Source: Abditibacteriaceae bacterium (lineage in GTDB: Bacteria > Armatimonadota > Abditibacteriia > Abditibacteriales > Abditibacteriaceae). From it: a stretch of 19,277 nucleotides of DNA. Within the stretch, counting starts at the first letter, position 1. Every line of letters starts with the position of its first letter. The DNA is taken from NCBI GenBank assembly GCA_031425655.1, contig JANPJS010000290.1:1-19277 (forward strand), given 5' to 3'. Under the pieces are notes generated by a model that saw only the letters and a program-made list of their open reading frames with translations, was not told where the DNA came from and searched no databases. This document shows positions 15,764 to 19,277 of this stretch, one piece after another. Made by a program: the position numbers and the translations under genes.

Positions 15764-17779
15764 CTACGGCCACGGAAAGCTCGGTGTGCTCCAGACGCGC
15801 GTCATATTCATCACCGACCAGAAAACCGCCGACATAAATTCGCCTAAAATCATGCCCAGCATGAAGGGCGCCAATTTGCGGAAAGTTTCGATGCCTCCGA
15901 AGCGTAAAACCAGACTTTTGATAATCCACGCGATGAAAAATGGAAACCAGAACACCAAAATCGCCCAGTTTGCATCAATGGCGTAGGCCAGAGGATGAAG
16001 CGGAAACCAGGTGAAGTTGGCGCGCATATAAGACAAAAACAGCGTGACAACCACGCCGACCGCGAAACCTCCGTAAGCCGTGGCATCGGGCGGCGGAATT
16101 GAACCGCTCATGTGAGATTGCGCATTGGCGAACATACTCTTAGCATTATTCTGCACAGGATATGAGTAAAGCGTGAGATGACCTTTATCATAGGAAAACT
16201 TGAGCATGAAATAACTGGCGACCACGAACGAAACCAAGATGGCAAATCCAAACGGAAAAAGCATCGAACGCTGTTTGAGACGCACTTCGCCCGCCATTTT
16301 CTGATTGTCCATCAAAGGCGAAAGAAGCACGCCGCGCAAATCGCGCGCGAAGGCGATATTCATAAAGCCCATTAATGCCAGATTTTGCGGGCCGAGGCTT
16401 TGGAGGGGATACACAAGGCCAATCAGGTGATTCGGCAAAAAGCTGGTTTCGGTCATCAAAAGCCCGGCTTCGCACACGGCGCGCGACATGATGAAGGCCA
16501 CGAAAAATAGGTAAATGCCCATGTGCGCTGCCGCGACAAGCGGACTCATGCCCGCCATTGACAGCCACAACACAATGCCGCCGAATCCAAGCAAAATGCT
16601 GGTAATCGCAGCGCGATAACTCATCAATTCGGCGCTGTCGTCGAGTGGACGATGCTGCGCCGGGCCAAACGCGGTGTGCCAGACATCCTTGAAATAAGGC
16701 CAGCCGATGCGAAATTGCACAAGCGCGAGCGTAAAATACGCGCCCGCCGCCTGATAACCCGTCCAAACCCGCGCGTTATGCGTAACAATGCCGGTCGGCA
16801 CGCCGCCAAGCTGCACGGCTATAACGTCTTGAAAGCGCGTCAGCAGAAAGAAAAACCACAGCGAAAACAGCAAGTCGGTCGGCAGAAAATAAGCGAAGCC
16901 GATGGCGGCTAAGGAAATGTAAATTGCAATACTGTCCATGCCGTTCCACGGACGTTCGGTGAATATTGCGTTCAGCCACAAATCTAAGGTGAACTTTGGC
17001 CAATCGGGAAAATTGGCGCTCAGTCCGTTGACGCCGAAAACCAGCGTGGCGAAAGCGAATCCGGCCCACATCAGGCGATTGGAGAAAAACGGCTGCCCTT
17101 CCACTTCGTCGCGGATGATGGCTAAGGGTAGCGTGGTCAGGGGAAAACGCAGTTGTTCATTGTCCATCCATTGGCGACGCAGGATGGTGGCCATGCCCGC
17201 GAAAACCGTAATCACGCACATAAAAAGTCCGAACCAGGCTACGAGCGGCCCGACCCATTTGAACCACGGAATTGGCCCGCCCTCGAAGAAGTCGGCGATG
17301 TCGGCGGGATGCGAAAGCGCCGCCTGCGGCGTAAACGGCACAATCCACGTCGGCAGATGGGCCGCGATGTCGGAGGCCAATTTGTTTTCCGGCGTGGCAT
17401 AATAAGGCAGATAAGCTAAGGGCGGAATGATTTTTTCGACGGCGCCGCGCGTGGAAACCATGACGGCCACGAGCAGCATCGAATAAATGATGAGAACATC
17501 GGCGCGATTGAGCAATTCGCGCTTGAAAAGCCGGCTTAATCCGCGATTAATGAGCGCAATGGCGAACAATGCGGCCACGGCGGGCGGCGCCAATTGCAAG
17601 ACGCCGAACTGAATGTTTTTGGCGACCATGTCGGCGTAAACCGACACCAGACAGATAGCGACAATCAGCGGCAGTCCGACGATAATAGCGCGCAAACGCA
17701 ACCCGTAAATCGGAGTTGGGCGTGTCAGACTCGATTTCGGTGTCGGTTCGGCGGATGGAACTGCGTTTTCAACATTCAT
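15764..17779 (-). CDS. Large polytopic membrane protein, DUF6785/DUF6784-like (putative transporter)
   Basis: Many TM helices; motifs LRRQW..EQLRFPL, WFPLHPLAY, WIIKSLVLRFGG, PFMLGMILGE. Family recognised from memory, not from a search. ATG 17779 preferred as start. Confidence 0.75.
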   Translation of the reverse strand: MNVENAVPSAEPTPKSSLTRPTPIYGLRLRAIIVGLPLIVAICLVSVYADMVAKNIQFGVLQLAPPAVAALFAIALINRGLSRLFKRELLNRADVLIIYSMLLVAVMVSTRGAVEKIIPPLAYLPYYATPENKLASDIAAHLPTWIVPFTPQAALSHPADIADFFEGGPIPWFKWVGPLVAWFGLFMCVITVFAGMATILRRQWMDNEQLRFPLTTLPLAIIRDEVEGQPFFSNRLMWAGFAFATLVFGVNGLSANFPDWPKFTLDLWLNAIFTERPWNGMDSIAIYISLAAIGFAYFLPTDLLFSLWFFFLLTRFQDVIAVQLGGVPTGIVTHNARVWTGYQAAGAYFTLALVQFRIGWPYFKDVWHTAFGPAQHRPLDDSAELMSYRAAITSILLGFGGIVLWLSMAGMSPLVAAAHMGIYLFFVAFIMSRAVCEAGLLMTETSFLPNHLIGLVYPLQSLGPQNLALMGFMNIAFARDLRGVLLSPLMDNQKMAGEVRLKQRSMLFPFGFAILVSFVVASYFMLKFSYDKGHLTLYSYPVQNNAKSMFANAQSHMSGSIPPPDATAYGGFAVGVVVTLFLSYMRANFTWFPLHPLAYAIDANWAILVFWFPFFIAWIIKSLVLRFGGIETFRKLAPFMLGMILGEFMSAVFWSVMNMTRVWSTPSFPWP

Positions 17780-17808
17780 GGGATGGCGAACCAAAGTGAT
17801 GTAGCGAA

Positions 17809-17814
17809 ATTATA
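17809..17814 (-). promoter_or_regulatory. Putative -10 box (TATAAT) for the membrane protein gene
   Basis: attata on the + strand, about 30 nt upstream of the ATG. No good -35 box. Confidence 0.4.
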
Positions 17815-17875
17815 CTCACTCGCTGCCAAACGGAACAGGCGCAGAGCGCCGGAAAGTCCCTCATTTCACAACACC

Positions 17876-17884
17876 TGATAAAAT
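17876..17884 (+). promoter_or_regulatory. Putative extended -10 promoter (TGnTAAAAT) of metK
   Basis: tgataaaat about 100 nt upstream of the metK ATG. Confidence 0.5.
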
Positions 17885-17891
17885 AGTTTCA

Positions 17892-17973
17892 GCCCGTCCA
17901 AACGGGCCGGAGGCGTGCGCGACACGTTGAAGACGTTGGGCAGCGCAGTGCACGCCGCCGAAATTCCAGGAGG
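17892..17973 (+). promoter_or_regulatory. Structured 5' leader of metK (candidate cis-regulatory RNA)
   Basis: Hairpin gcccgt-ccaa-acgggc, then stem cgg-a-ggcgtgcgc / gtgcacgcc-g-ccg, followed by SD AGGAGG at 17968-17973. Confidence 0.35.
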
Positions 17974-17981
17974 CAGGCTTC

Positions 17982-19169
17982 ATGTCTGTAAAGAACTATT
18001 ATTTCACCTCGGAAAGCGTAACCGAGGGCCATCCCGATAAGATGGCCGACCAAATCTCCGATGCCGTTTTAGACGCCATCATCGGCTCCGACCCGCAAGC
18101 GCGCGTGGCCTGCGAAACTTTTCTGACGACCGGACTCGTCCTCGTCGGCGGCGAAATTACCACCAAAACTTACGTCGAAATTCCGCAAATCGTGCGCAAA
18201 GTCGTCAAAGAGATCGGCTACACGCGCGCTAAATTCGGCTTCGATTACCTCACGGCAGGCGTAATGACCGCTATCGGCCAGCAGTCGCCGGACATCGCGC
18301 AGGGCGTGGATCATTCACAGGAATCGCGCGATCCGTCCGATCAAGACCCGCTCGACACCGTCGGGGCGGGCGATCAAGGCATGATGTTCGGCTTCGCCGT
18401 CAATGAAACGCCCGAATTGATGCCGCTTCCGATTCAAATGGCGCACAAGTTGTGCAAGCGATTGGCGGAAGTCCGCAAAAACGGCACGCTCACGTATTTG
18501 CGTCCCGACGGCAAATCTCAGGTCACCGTCCGCTACGAAGACGACAAACCTGTCGCCATTGACAAAGTGCTGATTTCGACCCAGCATCGCCCGGACGTTG
18601 ACCAGAAGCAGATTCAAGCCGACCTCATCGAACACGTTTTTCAACCCGTTTTGGGCGAATGGTGGAATGACAAAGTCGAAGTGTTCGTCAACCCAACGGG
18701 CCGCTTCGTGATCGGTGGCCCGCAGGGCGATGCCGGCCTGACCGGACGCAAAATCATCGTGGATACCTACGGCGGCATGGGGCGTCACGGCGGCGGCGCG
18801 TTTTCGGGCAAAGACCCGACAAAAGTAGATCGCTCGGCCTGCTACATGATGCGCTACGTCGCCAAAAACGTAGTCGCCGCCGGATTGGCCGACCGCTGCG
18901 AAACGCAAGTCGCTTACGCCATCGGCAAAGCGCATCCGCTCTCGGTTTACGTCAACACTTCAGGCACGGGCAAAGTCAGCGACGAGAAAATCGCTAAGGC
19001 CGTGCAGGAAGTCTTCGATCTGCGCCCGCGCGCCATTATTCAGCACTTGGATTTGCTGCGCCCAATTTATCGCAAAACCGCCGCGTATGGCCATTTTGGC
19101 CGCGACGACGCCGACTTCACCTGGGAAAAGACGGACAAAATCGAAGCCTTGAAAAAAGCCGTCGGCTGA
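17982..19169 (+). CDS. metK: S-adenosylmethionine synthetase
   Basis: [67 protein letters not shown]. Confidence 0.99.
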   Translation: MSVKNYYFTSESVTEGHPDKMADQISDAVLDAIIGSDPQARVACETFLTTGLVLVGGEITTKTYVEIPQIVRKVVKEIGYTRAKFGFDYLTAGVMTAIGQQSPDIAQGVDHSQESRDPSDQDPLDTVGAGDQGMMFGFAVNETPELMPLPIQMAHKLCKRLAEVRKNGTLTYLRPDGKSQVTVRYEDDKPVAIDKVLISTQHRPDVDQKQIQADLIEHVFQPVLGEWWNDKVEVFVNPTGRFVIGGPQGDAGLTGRKIIVDTYGGMGRHGGGAFSGKDPTKVDRSACYMMRYVAKNVVAAGLADRCETQVAYAIGKAHPLSVYVNTSGTGKVSDEKIAKAVQEVFDLRPRAIIQHLDLLRPIYRKTAAYGHFGRDDADFTWEKTDKIEALKKAVG

Positions 19170-19192
19170 CGATTTTAATGGAACGCGGAGCT

Positions 19193-19277
19193 TCGCTGCG
19201 CGGATTTCATGCGCAGGTTTTCGCAGATTGATTCAACAAAAATCCGCGAAAATCCGCGCATAAAATCCGCGCAGCGA
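19193..19277. repeat. Inverted repeat (37-bp arms) of cgcggattt-like units downstream of metK; probably truncated by the window edge
   Basis: Arm 19193-19229 is the reverse complement of 19241-19277 with 4 mismatches. Confidence 0.88.

Noticed and set aside
15253..15929. Short ORFs ending in NHKRHKGHK.. or ..ELRVTNYE
   Set aside because: They are out-of-frame shadows of real genes that run into periodic repeats.
17800..17981. Canonical SAM-I, SMK, SAM/SAH or SAH riboswitch before metK
   Set aside because: Consensus cores (for example AUC-AGAG..GCAACC..GUGC..GAU, or UUCCCGAAAGG) were not found by eye.
1157..18935. Numerous overlapping and antisense ORFs in the ORF track (e.g. 1157-1726, 2912-3532, 8281-8877, 8669-9310, 18315-18935)
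   Set aside because: Typical GC-rich shadow ORFs over well-supported genes, with no recognisable motifs.

Overview
GC-rich bacterial chromosomal window of mostly housekeeping and metabolic genes. The DUF1559 prepilin-like and DUF6785-like proteins suggest Armatimonadota or a PVC-like lineage (inference only). Gene order: transglutaminase-like protein (+); long-chain acyl-CoA ligase, receiver-only response regulator, GAF-GAF histidine kinase, rhomboid protease (all -); low-GC orphan with a PD-(D/E)xK-like motif, NFACT/RqcH, small membrane protein, ICMT/PEMT-like methyltransferase, aldo/keto reductase, cyclase-family hydrolase, Zn-dependent dehydrogenase, DUF1559 prepilin-like protein (all +); argJ, VOC protein, DUF6785-like membrane protein (all -); metK (+). 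No rRNA, tRNA, CRISPR array or transposase was found. The most striking feature is non-coding: many of the longer intergenic gaps carry a long palindromic repeat, of several different families, often built from 7- or 9-nt periodic units. One is a nested MITE-like element flanked by a 45-bp direct duplication. Other leads are a structured metK leader unlike the SAM riboswitch classes I know, the orphan nuclease-like gene before rqcH, and a cyclase-family hydrolase in the lactonase position of a putative L-galactose-type pathway. None amounts to a demonstrated new system.
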